Of a stretch of DNA of 64,000 bases, positions 1 through 12,780 are shown in pieces. Each line of letters starts with the position of its first letter. Positions within the stretch are counted from its first letter, which is position 1. Both the position numbers and the translations under genes were made by a program. The notes beneath the pieces were generated by a model. The model ran no database searches. It was not told where the DNA came from and saw only the letters and a list, made by a program, of their open reading frames with translations. Source of the stretch: the human T2T-CHM13v2.0 reference genome, Homo sapiens; assembly GCF_009914755.1 (NCBI RefSeq), contig NC_060945.1; one strand, given 5' to 3'.

Positions 1-119
1 CGTAAATAAAACTTCTTGTGTTTCAAGTCATCTCTTAAAGTCATTTATCAGAGAGCCCTTCCCTGAGCCTCAATTTAAATTAGTCACTGAGTTACTCTTA
101 AAAAAAAAAAAAAAACTAA

Positions 120-523
120 TGCGTATTTGACAAATAAAAATTGTATGCATGTATTTACAGTGTATAAGGTGACATTTTCACATAGGTATACATTGAAATA
201 GTTAAATCAAGCTAATTGACATATCTATCACCTTACATACTTATCATTTTTCGTTGTGGGAAATTTAAGATCTATTCCTTAGGAATTTTCGAGTATTCAA
301 TACATTATTTTTTCTCTCTTTTTTTAAAATGACAAAAAATTGCACTTATTTGTTGTGTACAGCATGTTGTTTTGAAGTATGTATATATTGTGGAATGACT
401 ACACTGAGCTTAAGTTAACATATGCATTACTTCACATGCTTATCATTTTCTGTGGGGAGAAAACCTAAAATCTACTCATTTTGCAATTTTCAAGAATACA
501 ATACATTGTTATTAATACAATAC

Positions 524-563
<40 letters not shown>

Positions 564-1130
564 TTTTTGACATGGAGTCTCTCTCTGTCGCCCAGGCTGG
601 AGTGCAGTGGTGTGATCTCCACTCACTGCAGGCTCTGCCTCCCAGGTTCACACCATTCTCCTGCCTCAGCCTCCTGAGTAGCTGGGACTACAGGTGCCTG
701 CCACCACACCTGGCTAATTTTTTGTATTTTTAGTAGAGATGGGGATTCAATGTGTTAGCCAGGATGGTCTCGATCTCCTGACCTCGTGATCTGCCTGCCT
801 CGGCCTCCCAAAGTGCTGGGATTACAGGCGTGAGCCACCGCACCCAGCCCAATGCATTATTATTAACTATAGTCACCATGCTATATAGTAGATCTCCTGA
901 ACTCATTTCTCCTTTCTAACTGAAACTTTGTACCCTTTGAACAACATCTCCTCATTTCCTCACCATCACCCGCAGTCCTCAGCAACCGCCATTCTACTCC
1001 CTGCTTCTATGAGTTCAGCTTTTTCTGATTTCACATGTAATTGGGATCATGTGGTATTTGTCTTTCTGTGCCTGGCTTATTCCACTTAGCATAATGTCCT
1101 CCACGTTTATCCATGTTTCATATGACAGAA
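120..1130 (-). mobile_element. L1MA-type 3' end fragments (two overlapping 3'-UTR copies), interrupted by an Alu
   Basis: Typical antisense L1MA 3'-UTR text (AAATCAAGCTAATTGACATATC...ACTTATCATTTT; CCATTCTACTCCCTGCTTCTATGAGTTC; GCCTGGCTTATT). Confidence 0.75.
526..849 (-). mobile_element. Alu (AluY/Sc-like) with (ATTT)n tail
   Basis: Full Alu consensus in reverse; TSD CAATACATTATT (518-529) / CAATGCATTATT (850-861). Confidence 0.95.
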
Positions 1131-1219
1131 TTTCTGTATTATATCTGTTTCAATTATCTGCAGGGCACTTGGCATTTTTGCAGGTTTCTGATTTATGTAT
1201 AATTTATTTACTTGTTTTG

Positions 1220-1350
1220 GGTTTCTTCCCAATAGAAAGCAAACTTAATGAAAGCAGGGAGGTTATATATTACCTGTATTGTTCACCACTGTATCCCCAG
1301 CCAGTAATACTACCTGGCACAGAAAAGTATTTAAATAATAAATAAATCAG
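1220..1350 (+). mobile_element. L2 3' end fragment
   Basis: TTCACCACTGTATCCCCAG...CCTGGCACAG...AATAAAT resembles the L2 3' terminus. Confidence 0.65.
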
Positions 1351-1504
1351 TCTTTTTTTATGGCCACACTAATGAAAATACAGATTGTTAGTGACTGGCA
1401 TATTATCTCCCTTCCAAGTGGGTTATGAGGAGAAGGTCAGAGGCATGTGACAACCCTTCTGACCATGGTGAACATCATGTGACATACACAAGTTATATGG
1501 ATAT

Positions 1505-1585
1505 CCTCATCACCTTAGTTTCCTCGTGTGTAATATAAGAGTGTTGGATCAGAATTATGTCCAAGGTGCTTTCCAGCTCTACATA
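1505..1585 (+). mobile_element. MIR/MIR3 fragment
   Basis: CCTTAGTTTCCTCGTGTGTAA...AAGGTGCTTTCCAGCTCT core. Confidence 0.5.
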
Positions 1586-2249
1586 TGTACATTTCATAAA
1601 TAAATGTGAACTGTACCTTAAGATTCCAGTAGCTGTAATTACTAAGTATCTGTATCAATCTCTATTTTGAACTGTAACAGCAAGAATATCATGCATATCA
1701 ACACAGAGATCCTTCATGTGCCTGAGATATTCTAATAAGCTCTTATAACATGGTATGTTATACACTATATCTCAAACAACTCTTACTATTGCTATAAAAT
1801 TTTCAACATGGAACTTTGATTAAGATAAAGTGAAGAGATAATAATGTTTCTAAATCTTAGGAAATTTTTTCCTGTTACTGAGGTGGGGGACTTTTCAAAA
1901 ATGTATTTCTGTCTTTTGCTGGAAATATTTATTTCAGTTTCCTACAGCATTGCTATAGCATTGCTGTAGGAAATTAACAGTAATTGGTGACTGGCAGTTC
2001 AACTGACAGAAACACATTATTTTGCGGGGAGGCGGAGGAAAAGCATTCGCAAACTCAATATGAATCCATTTCGGAAAGTAGAGTTGTTTAGAGAAATACA
2101 AATATCTTCACTCAGTTTTTGCCCACTTACTGAAAACACAGTGTGAAACTAAAATTGAAAAAGCAATGTTCTTCTGAACATCTTTCCATTAAATATTGCA
2201 TCATATAAAAATAGGATTTTATGGTTATTATTACACATATTTTCTTCCC

Positions 2250-2652
2250 TTTCATATGCAGAATCTAAAAAAGTCAAAGTTAATAGAAGCAGAGACTAGA
2301 ATGGTGGTTGCTGGGGGTGGGAGCAATGGGGTGATGTTAGTGAAAGGTTACAAAGTTTCAGTTATGCCAATGAATTGTTCTGGAGACCTAATGTACAGCA
2401 TAGTGATTGCAGTTAATAATAATGTATACTTGACATTTGCTAAGAAAATAGATCCTATATGTTCTCACGACACACACCCGTGCGTACACACAAGCACACA
2501 CACAAATAGTAACAATGTGAGGTAATTAATATGTTAGGTAGCTTGATCATAGTAATAATTTCACAATGTATATGTACATCAAAATATTACATTTGACCCA
2601 TGAATTATGTATAGTTTTATTTGTCAATTGCACCTCAATAAAGGTGAAAATA
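2250..2652 (+). mobile_element. L1MA/MB 3' end
   Basis: ATAGAAGCAGAGACTAGAATGGTGGTTGC...TACAAAGTTTCAGTTA...TTTATTTGTCAATTGCACCTCAATAAA. Confidence 0.8.
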
Positions 2653-2824
2653 TAAATGTGTGCTTTTATAAATATAACTAATATACTGAAGTAAATATAA
2701 ATTTAAGTATATACTTTAATAAAATTTGAGAATGATGTGTTAAATAGCTGTAATATGAAGGATAATGTATGAAACCATTATTCTCAATTTAACATAGTGC
2801 CAATTAGCTTAAAAAATTTATCGT

Positions 2825-3146
<322 letters not shown>

Positions 3147-4799
3147 TCAAGAAACTGTGAAGAGATGAAACAGACAGATGAGGTTTGAAGAGTAAAACCG
3201 AGGGAGAAAATAGCCAACTTGATAGCACACTGGGTGCCATTTTGAATTCCAAAACTGGGGTCCCAAGAAAGCCCAGGAAATGATATACAGGCAAAAGTCA
3301 CCTGGGCAAAGGACCATCAAATGGGAGGAAGAAGAAGAAACTGTAAAAGCCAAAAGGAAAGCTTTGTCAACCTTACGATTACTCACATGAGCATATAATT
3401 TGCAAATGCAACCAAATAAATATTTCACGATAGTTTAAACTTACCTAAGCATTTCAAGTCATCATTAAAGAGAGAGACATACAGTTGAGTTGGCCATCAC
3501 AAAGCATTTAGTTAATGAAAAGCCATTGTTATTAGTAGCTTTATTATTTATTTGAAAATAGCAAGCTGAAAATTATCTACAGGTCAGCAAATAGCACAGA
3601 CAATTGAAAGCACATAGATTCCTTTAGCATCTACAGTTTTACCTAATTAGATTTTTCAATTAGATGCTATACAGTGCATTATACAAAGAACTTCCATATT
3701 CCCTAGGTAGATACAATAGTTTATGGATGCCTTACATTCTGTTAATCTTGATAAAATGGGAAATCAACAGCAAGATTATACTCTTTGTTCCCAAAGATCA
3801 TGTAAATATTTTCAACCATATTAAAACAGACTGTATTTCCATCAACTATTTGTACTTTTTCCTCCTTTGTGTCTCAAATGGTAACATATAATTTATAAAG
3901 TTTTATTGTAAAACAGTGATTTTTTAACTAAAAATAGAAGGCAGCATTATAGTTATTCAAAATAAAGAATAATATAACATCCTATGATACCATAATAAAT
4001 TTAACCCATATGATTCGACATTGTTATTTGGGATAATTTGTCTCTATACAAAACAAAATATAATCTCCAAACTCCCAAAGAGCAGAATTTCTCAATGTTT
4101 TGCAACTTTTAGATTTCTGGTGGTGTTTTGTGGTAGAATAGTAGAAGGGTAAAAGACATTCCTGAGATAGAATTAATTTTTCTCTGTGACTCCAGGATGT
4201 GCCCATTATATTAATATGTCATATTTTTACTACATAAACATGGAAAACTTCGAATAAAGGAAGTAATTACATCATTAAAAGGAAAAGTTACATTCTGTGG
4301 CTCTGGACAGCCATGTTGTATGACCACCCAAAGTAAGAGAGTGGAAATCAAAAATTAAGCATATATTAGAATTTCGATATTGTCATTTAACACAAACAAT
4401 TGTTCTTAAATATACAATATTATAAAATTACTAGGAAACAGCATTTTGGTTTAAAAGTAAACTTTTCAGTCCCTGTCTACTACCATTTTAAATATATTGA
4501 AAGAGATACTACAGGCCAAGGAATTAAAATAAGTTGATTAAGTAATTTCCTGCTGGATAGAAAACTTAAAATGCTAATAAGTTTACATTCAGAGATTTAG
4601 TTCTCAAATAACAGATTTGATTTATTTGTCAGCTTTTAGATATCATAGTAACAGAACTCCAGAAAATATGCAAAAGAGGAAAATAAAGTGACTGCTCATA
4701 AACCAGGCAGCATGGTCTCAGGAGGATAATCCACAGTAACTTTTAAGGGCGGTATCGTTTCAATCAAACTTGATTTAGGATAAAAGAAACAAAACTTAT

Positions 4800-5645
4800 T
4801 ACTTTTTAATAGACTTATTTTTTAGAACAGTTTTAGATTTATGGAAAATTGAGCAGATAGCACAGAGAGAGTTTCCTTCCCATATACTCCCTCTGCCCAG
4901 ACAGTTTCCTCTATTATTAACATCTTGATTAATGTGATAATTTTTTACAATTGACATATCAATACTGATACATTACTATGAACTAAAATCCATAGCTGAT
5001 GTCAGGATTCACTCTGTATTGTGTAGTGTGTAGTTTTTGATGAATGTATAGTGTCATATATATCATATATCCACCATTACCTAAAAAATCCCCTTTGTTC
5101 CACCTATTTATCCATCCTCTCCTATCCTAAATCTCTGCCAATCACTGAACTTTTTCCTATAACTATGGTTTTGTCTATTACATAATGTCATATAGTTGGA
5201 ATCCTACAATATATAGTCTTTTCAGGCTGGCTTCTTTATCCGTTTAAGTTTCTCCTACATCTCTTCATGGCTTAAGAGCTTGTTTCTTTTTATTACTGAA
5301 TAATATTCCATCCTATGGATATACCAGTTTGTTTGTCCATTCACTGTTTGAAAGACATCTTGGTTGTTTCCAGATTGGGGCAGTCATGAACAAAGCCGCT
5401 GTAATCAATCATTCATACACAGATTTCTATGCAGATGTAAACCTTCAACTCATTTAGGTAAGTATACAGGAAGGAGATCTCTTGATCTTCTGGAAAGACT
5501 ATGTTTAGCTTTGTAAGAAACTTTCAAACTCTTGAAAAGTGGCTGTACCATTTTTCATCCCCATCAGCAATGAATGATAGTTCTATTTGTTCTGCATTCT
5601 TGCAGCATTTGATATTGTAATTTTTTTTTTATTTCAGCCATTAGA
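4800..5645 (-). mobile_element. L1MC-type 3' region
   Basis: TTTTTTAGAACAGTTTTAGATTTA...AAATTGAGCAGATAG...; AAAGTGGCTGTACCATTTT...CAGCAATGAATGA. Confidence 0.75.
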
Positions 5646-6166
5646 GATTTGGGCTTAGTGTTGATTTGGGTATTTTTAAAAATCTGTTTTAATTTGCATA
5701 GTTATAATATCATGAAGGCAGTGAAATCTATTGACTCAAATACAAAAAGTAAAAATTGTAGACATAGTTATATCTAAAGAATTATACTGACAAAATGTAT
5801 AAAATTTGCAATATAAATTCAATAATCTATTAAATTGAGCTTTCAAGTAAGTTGTTTACCTCAAGATAATAACCTTAAAGCTGAATATTTCCACCAGTTT
5901 TTTTGTTTCTTTCACAAGGAAAGTACTTTTATCTGTGGAAGTCTTTCTCTTTTTATCCCGTTAGAAATATAATTTATTTCAGAGGAAGTTATGTGAACAT
6001 GAGAAGTAATTATAAACAAAGATAACTGGTTTTCCTCTTAATATCTCCTATCTCATTTCTCACAGATTGCATACATTTGATACATTTCACAAAACCTTAA
6101 CAATTCTTAGAATGGAAAAAAAGATTGAAGCAGCTCAATTTTTTATTCCAATTACTTAATTGGAAC

Positions 6167-6597
6167 CGGTAGTGAGTTGAATTGTGCATTCAAGTCCTAA
6201 CCCCTGGAAACTATGAATGTGATCTTCGTTGGAAATAGTGTCTTTGAAATTTAATTAGTTAAGCATCTTGAGATGGCCTTAAATCCGATGACTTGTATAC
6301 TTATAAGAGGAGGACAGGACAATCAAAAAGAGAGAGAAGGTCGTGTGAAGACAGAGGGAGAGATTGGAGTGATGCAGATACAAGTTAGGGAACTGGAAGG
6401 ATTGCTGGGAGTCACCAAAAGCTAGGAAGAAACAGGAAGGAATTATTCCCCAGAACCGTCAGAAGGAACAGAGCCCTGCCAACTCCTTGATTGCAGACTT
6501 CTGGCCTTCAGAATCGTGAATAAATAAATTTCTGTTGTCTTAAGCCACCCAGTTTGTGGCAATATGTTATGCAGTCGTACTAAAAAAAATAGGTAAT
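6167..6597 (+). mobile_element. MaLR solo LTR (MLT1C/D-like)
   Basis: AAGTCCTAACCCCTGG...GACTTCTGGCCTTCAGAA...AATAAATTTCTGTTGTCTTAAGCCACCCAGTTTGTGG. Confidence 0.8.
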
Positions 6598-7273
6598 ATT
6601 TAATATCTGAATAATATCTGGTTAACATCTTATTCTCAGGAACACAAAGATATGAACCAGGCTATCGGATTAATGAAGCTGAGTTTATTCCTTAACTATA
6701 AATGTTACTTATTTTTTGTTATTGGCAATTATTTTTTATTTCACTACTGTAAGCATGTTATTGCCTAAAAATTTTAGGGCTTAGATTTTATAAATGGGGA
6801 ATTGTTAAAATGTTCATATAAATTTTTATTTTAATAAACTCTTATATGGTACAAAATCATTTACTTGCTTCAGAATAGGTAATCAAAATGTAGCCTCATT
6901 ATATTTAAACTCAGTTCCCATAGGGTACTTTGCTTATTAATTTGGTGTTAATTTAATAACAAAAAAAAAAGACTTCTAGTTTGAAGGCCAGAAGATAAGT
7001 GAATTTCCTTGGCTAGGGAAAAGTACAACCAAACATTTCATAGAGACTTATTTTGAAGGTTTTTTTCTTTCCTTGGTATATTAAACTAGGACAGGAAACA
7101 TTTCTAATAAAACAGTGAACAACTGACATAATGAATTGTTTGACTTAATCTGTAATCTAAAAGTAGACTTCTTTAAATGCAGAAAATATTTTGGATTTTA
7201 GAGGTTGTGTCCTGAAAGAATTTGAGTTACGTGTTGTGACTTATAGACCAGCAAAAGACAGAAGCACATTTGA

Positions 7274-7600
<327 letters not shown>

Positions 7601-7783
7601 TACAGACATTTTTTATTAAAGTCCACAAGGTTACCATGTAAGCTTCTTTCAATTGTTATAAAAAGAAAATTGTATTCAAATAATTTCTGAGAAAATGAAA
7701 TGGATAGTTTCTGAAATTAATCATTTAATACATTTTAAGTTAGAATGTTTTATTGATAATGTGGATGAAAAAAGGAGAGCATA

Positions 7784-8179
7784 TATTATGGACTGAATGC
7801 ATGTGTTCCCCAAAATTGACTTCTAGTGTGCTGTATTTGGAGTAAGGAAATCACTAACATTAAATAAGTTCACAGGGTAGAACCCTAACTCAATAGAATT
7901 AGTTTCCTTATGAAAAGAGGCACCAGGAAGCTCTCACCCCTTCTCCACCCTTGGCACATGCATCAAGGAAAGGTCATGCCTTTCTTCATACATACGTCTT
8001 CAGACATAGAAAGAAGGTGGCTGTCTACAAGCAAGGAAGAGAGCCCTCACCAAAAATCAAATTAGTCTGCCCTTTTGTCGTGGGCTCCTAGCCTCTAGAA
8101 CTGTGAGAAAATAAATTTCTGTTGTTTAAGCCATCCAGTCTGTGGTGTCTTGTTACAGCAGCCCAAACAGACTAAAACA
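7784..8179 (+). mobile_element. MaLR solo LTR (MLT1A/B-like)
   Basis: TATTATGGACTGAATG...AATAAATTTCTGTTGTTTAAGCC...GACTAAAACA; 5-bp TSD GCATA/GCATG. Confidence 0.85.
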
Positions 8180-11100
8180 GCATGTAACCACAAAATTAGT
8201 CCTTAACTGATCATGTTTCTTAGTGATTTTATATAAATTTCACTTTTAACCAAATGAACTGAAGACAATGGAAAAACCATTTGGTTTTTAATACAGTGAC
8301 ATCAAATTTTCATATTGGTGCATCTTTGACCTTAAAAGTGTAATATTCTGCACAGTTTAACATAGACAGTAAATATGCTGGCTACGTCTACATCTACCAA
8401 AGCCAGCTTATCGTTCAATGTCAGTTCTTAGCGTGAATAATTTAAAAGGAAGATCCATCTCGAAAAATCTTTGTTAGAGAATGCTGTCTGATATACATAA
8501 AAAATAGTAGTTTAGATGGTAAAGAATGATCCAATTATTAAATGAAACTCTGTTTAAAATTCAGTGTTTTTTTGTATTTGCAAACCAAACTAATTTTAAA
8601 ATTGTCAAAATTATTCACTTACATTATTTAGTGTTTCTGGGTTTACAAGAACTTTGTTTTGCTTAAATCTGAGACGATTCTGGCTCAGATAAAGTTTTCA
8701 TGATAAGGGAAATAGCTAAGAGACAAGCAAAGATCTGTAGGAACCATTTGAGTATTCACTAGCTTTTGACATATGAGGAAGATGTCAGCTTAGAGGGCTA
8801 ATATATAACTTTTAAAATCAAGTTTTGAAAGAATTTCTGCAGTATTCATAAGTGATTAATAAAAAGCTTACATGTAAAAATGTGTGCATAAATAGGCATG
8901 CAGTTCGTTCTAAAACTTCAAACACTGTTTCTTCTAAGTTGCATTTAAATCTCCATCAAAACATTATTAATTTATAATTTTAAGTTTTGTTTCTAGCTAC
9001 ACATTCCATTTTCTTGTTACAATTGAAAGTATAAAGAAGCTTTCAGTTATATTAATTTGGGTCTGTAATTATACTTACAACACTGTCTGTCATTCCCAAG
9101 TTTTTCACCACAAGAGTATTTTTTTACTACTTTCTCTCATTTACCTCACACTTGGTAAGATTTTGTTCACCGAATATATAGTATTTAGAAAATAAAGCCT
9201 AACTAATTTGACATTAATCAAAGGAACATATTAATGTGCTTCTGATCAACATAAGATATTCAGTCTGGCCACTGGGCTGATATAATTTCAGTTAAAAGAA
9301 AAGCAGTCTGGTGTTTTAGATAACCTGGGAAGTTTGAACCAAAGCAAAGGTAAGCAAATACATGGCTGTGATTGATCATTATGAAATATTAATCTGTGGA
9401 CTCCATTCTTATCTTAAGTGATTCCCTCAAGGAAAAATGCCACCTTGAAAACAACTGATACAAATCTTCAAATTCTATTTCTGTTCTTTATATGCTAAAA
9501 TAACCTAACATAGTGTCTTTTATTACCTAACATCTCATTTTTACTCAAAAGCTGTTATAACATTTGGTATCTTGGAAATGAAGTAAAACACATTTCTATT
9601 AAAAGTAACAAATTAATTAAAGTCTATTGTTATACATTTTTAATACTGCTTAACGTGATAGCTAAGAGAACATATTTTGAAATGAAAGAACTCATAGCAA
9701 TACTTTGAGCAAGGCATAATTATTTAGCGAGTCTGTGACTAAAAAAACCTTAAATACATCAGCTTATTGAAAATATCTTTTAAAAACCCTGCATCTTCTT
9801 TTTTGTGTTTTATTGACAAATTAATTTTTAAAACTTTAGGATAATATCTCGAAGCATCTCTGCAGCTTACCAATTAAGATGTTGTATATTTTAAGAAACT
9901 AGTATAACTATTGAAATGGAACAGAAACCCTTACCGGCAACTATTTAAGATGCCATGATGGATGCTTATCTCTAGGTCATACCATAGGTCATACCATAGA
10001 CCTATAACCTTGTTTTCAAATGAGTACTGCAGTTATCCGGGAAATAGGTAAATAAATGTCAGTAATGATACTAATACTTCCACAAATGGATTGCAACTAC
10101 ATTAAATGTCAGATTCTGTCATTCTATGATACTTGGCATATTTTTGATATGAAACATAGCTCATGTTACCCACTGTAGTTTCTTACTTCCATCTGAGTTT
10201 CTGTATCTGGAAAATCACTTAACACCCCTGAGTATAACCCTGGAGTGAATTTCAAATGATGAAACACTAGAGTTTGGCCTACTTAATGTAATAACATAGA
10301 TATTCAATTTTTCAAAATATATACCATATTAAATATTTTTCTTCTTCATTCATTTATGGGTACAAACAAAGGAACCCCTGAAAACTATTTTTCTGGGATC
10401 ATAACGAGCCTGTAATTTTTAGAAAGAAAACTCTAGTGTCACGTATATTTTATACCTTCACAAAAGAATCCTGGCTATAAGTCCATTGAGAAAACCACAT
10501 TGCTTAATTCTAGTGAGACTGAAACTTTGTAGAAAGGGTGTAGTTTACCTAACAGGTGCCACTAGGATGCCCTTTCTTTCTCTTGTGTGATTGCTCTAGC
10601 TAGGACTTCCAGTACTATGTTGAATAATAGCAATGAAAGTGGGCCTCCTTGTGGTGTTCCAGATATTGGGGAAAAGGCTTTCAGCTTTTCCCCATTCAGT
10701 ATGATACTAGCTGTGGATCTGTTGTACATGGTTTGTATTATGATGAGGTATGTTCTTTCTATACCCAGTTTTTCAGTTTTTATCATGAAGGGATGTTGAA
10801 TTTTATCAAATGCTTTTTCAGCATGAATTGAAATGATCATATGGTTTTTTGACCTTCATTCTGTTGATATGATGTATGACATTGACTGATTTGTATATGT
10901 TGAACCATCCTTGTATCCCTGGGATAATTCTCACTAGATCGTGATAATGATTTATTTATTTCTGCCTGATCTTTATTATTTCTTTTCTTCTACTAAGTTT
11001 GCATTTGGCTTGCTCTTCTTTTCCTAATTCTTTAAGATGCATTGTTAGGTTGTTTATTTGAAGTTTTTCTAGTCTTTTGATGTAGATGCTTATAGCAAAA

Positions 11101-11233
11101 ACTTTCCTCTAAGTACTGATTTTACTATATCCCATCATTTTTGGTCCATTGTTTCCTTCATCATTTGTTTTAAGAATTTTTAAAATTTCTCTCTTAATTT
11201 CTTCATTGACCTACTAATCATTAAGGAGTATAC

Positions 11234-11402
<169 letters not shown>

Positions 11403-12358
11403 AGGAGCATACTTTTAATTTCCATGTATTTGTATAGTTTTCAAAATTCCTCTTGTTACTGATTTTTAGTTTTATTCCACTCTGGTCAGATAAGATACTT
11501 GATATAATTTCAATTTTTAAAAGTTTAACACTAGTTTTGTGGCCTAACATGTAGTCTATCCTTGATAATAATACATGCGCTGAAGAGAAAAATGTGTAAC
11601 CTGGAATCACTGGATAAAATGTTCCGTAAATATCTGATTGGTCTATTTTGGTCTGTAGTGCAGATTAAGTCCAATGTTTCTTTGTTGACTTTCTGTCTGG
11701 ATGACTTGTTCAATGCTAAAAGTAGGGTGTTGAAATCTCTAACTATTATTGTATTGAAGTTGATCTCTCTCATTAGCTTTAATAATATTTGCTTTGTATA
11801 TCAGAATACTGCAGTAGTAGGTACATATATATTTACAATTCTTGTGTCCTCTTGCTGAATTGACCCCTTTATCATTTTATAGTAACCTTTCTTGTCTCTT
11901 TTTATAGTTTTTATCTTGAAATCTATTTTGTCTGATTTAAGTATATCTACTTCTGCTCTTTTTTGGTTTCCACTTGTGTGAAATACCTTTTTCCATTTCT
12001 TTATTTTTAGTCTCTGTGTGTCTTCATAGGTGTTGTGTGTTTCTTTTAGGGAACAGATTGTTGGCTCTTGTGTTTTTTTCTTTGTATTTTTTTTTAATTC
12101 AGTCACTCTCTGTGTTTTGCTTGAGGAATCTAGTCCATTTACATTCATTGTTATTATTGATAAGTGAGAACTTACTCCTGCCATTTTGTTGTTTGTTTTC
12201 TGGTTGTTTTGTGGTCTCCTCTTCCTTCTTTACTTCTTTTTAGTAAAGGTGTTTTTCTCTGGTGGTGTTCTACTTTCTTACTTTTAATTTTTTGTCTATA
12301 CATTGTATGTTTTTTGATTTGAGGTTGTCATAAGGCTTGCAAATAATATCTTATAACC

Positions 12359-12360
<2 letters not shown>

Positions 12361-12392
<32 letters not shown>

Positions 12393-12780
12393 TTATTATA
12401 CTTTGAGTTCTAGGGTACATGTGCACAAGGTGCAGGTTTGTTACATAGGTATACATGTGCCATGTTGGTTTGCTGCACCCATCAACTCGTCATTTACATT
12501 AGGTATTTCTCCTAACACTATCCCTCCTCCAGCCCCCAACCCCTGACAGGCCCTGGTGTGTGATGTTCCCCGCCCTGTGTCCAAGTGTTCTCATTGTTCA
12601 ATTCCCACCTATGTGTGAGAACATGCCGTGTTTGGTTTTCTGTCCTTGTGATACTTTGCTGAGAATGATGGTTTCCAGCTTCATCTATGTCCCTGCAAAG
12701 GACATGAACTCATCCTTTTTTATGGCTGCATAGTATTTCATGGTGTATGTGTGCCACATTTTCTTAATCCAGTCTATCAT
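12361..12780 (-). mobile_element. Younger L1PA 3' end with (TTA)n tail, nested in the older L1
   Basis: TTATACTTTGAGTTCTAGGGTACATGTGCACAA... L1PA 3' UTR; TSD TATAACCCATTATT at 12352 and 12780. Confidence 0.92.

Noticed and set aside
422-733. Alu-derived ORFs (also 2818-3078, 7352-7540, 31827-32262)
   Set aside because: Standard Alu translations with no evidence of exonisation.
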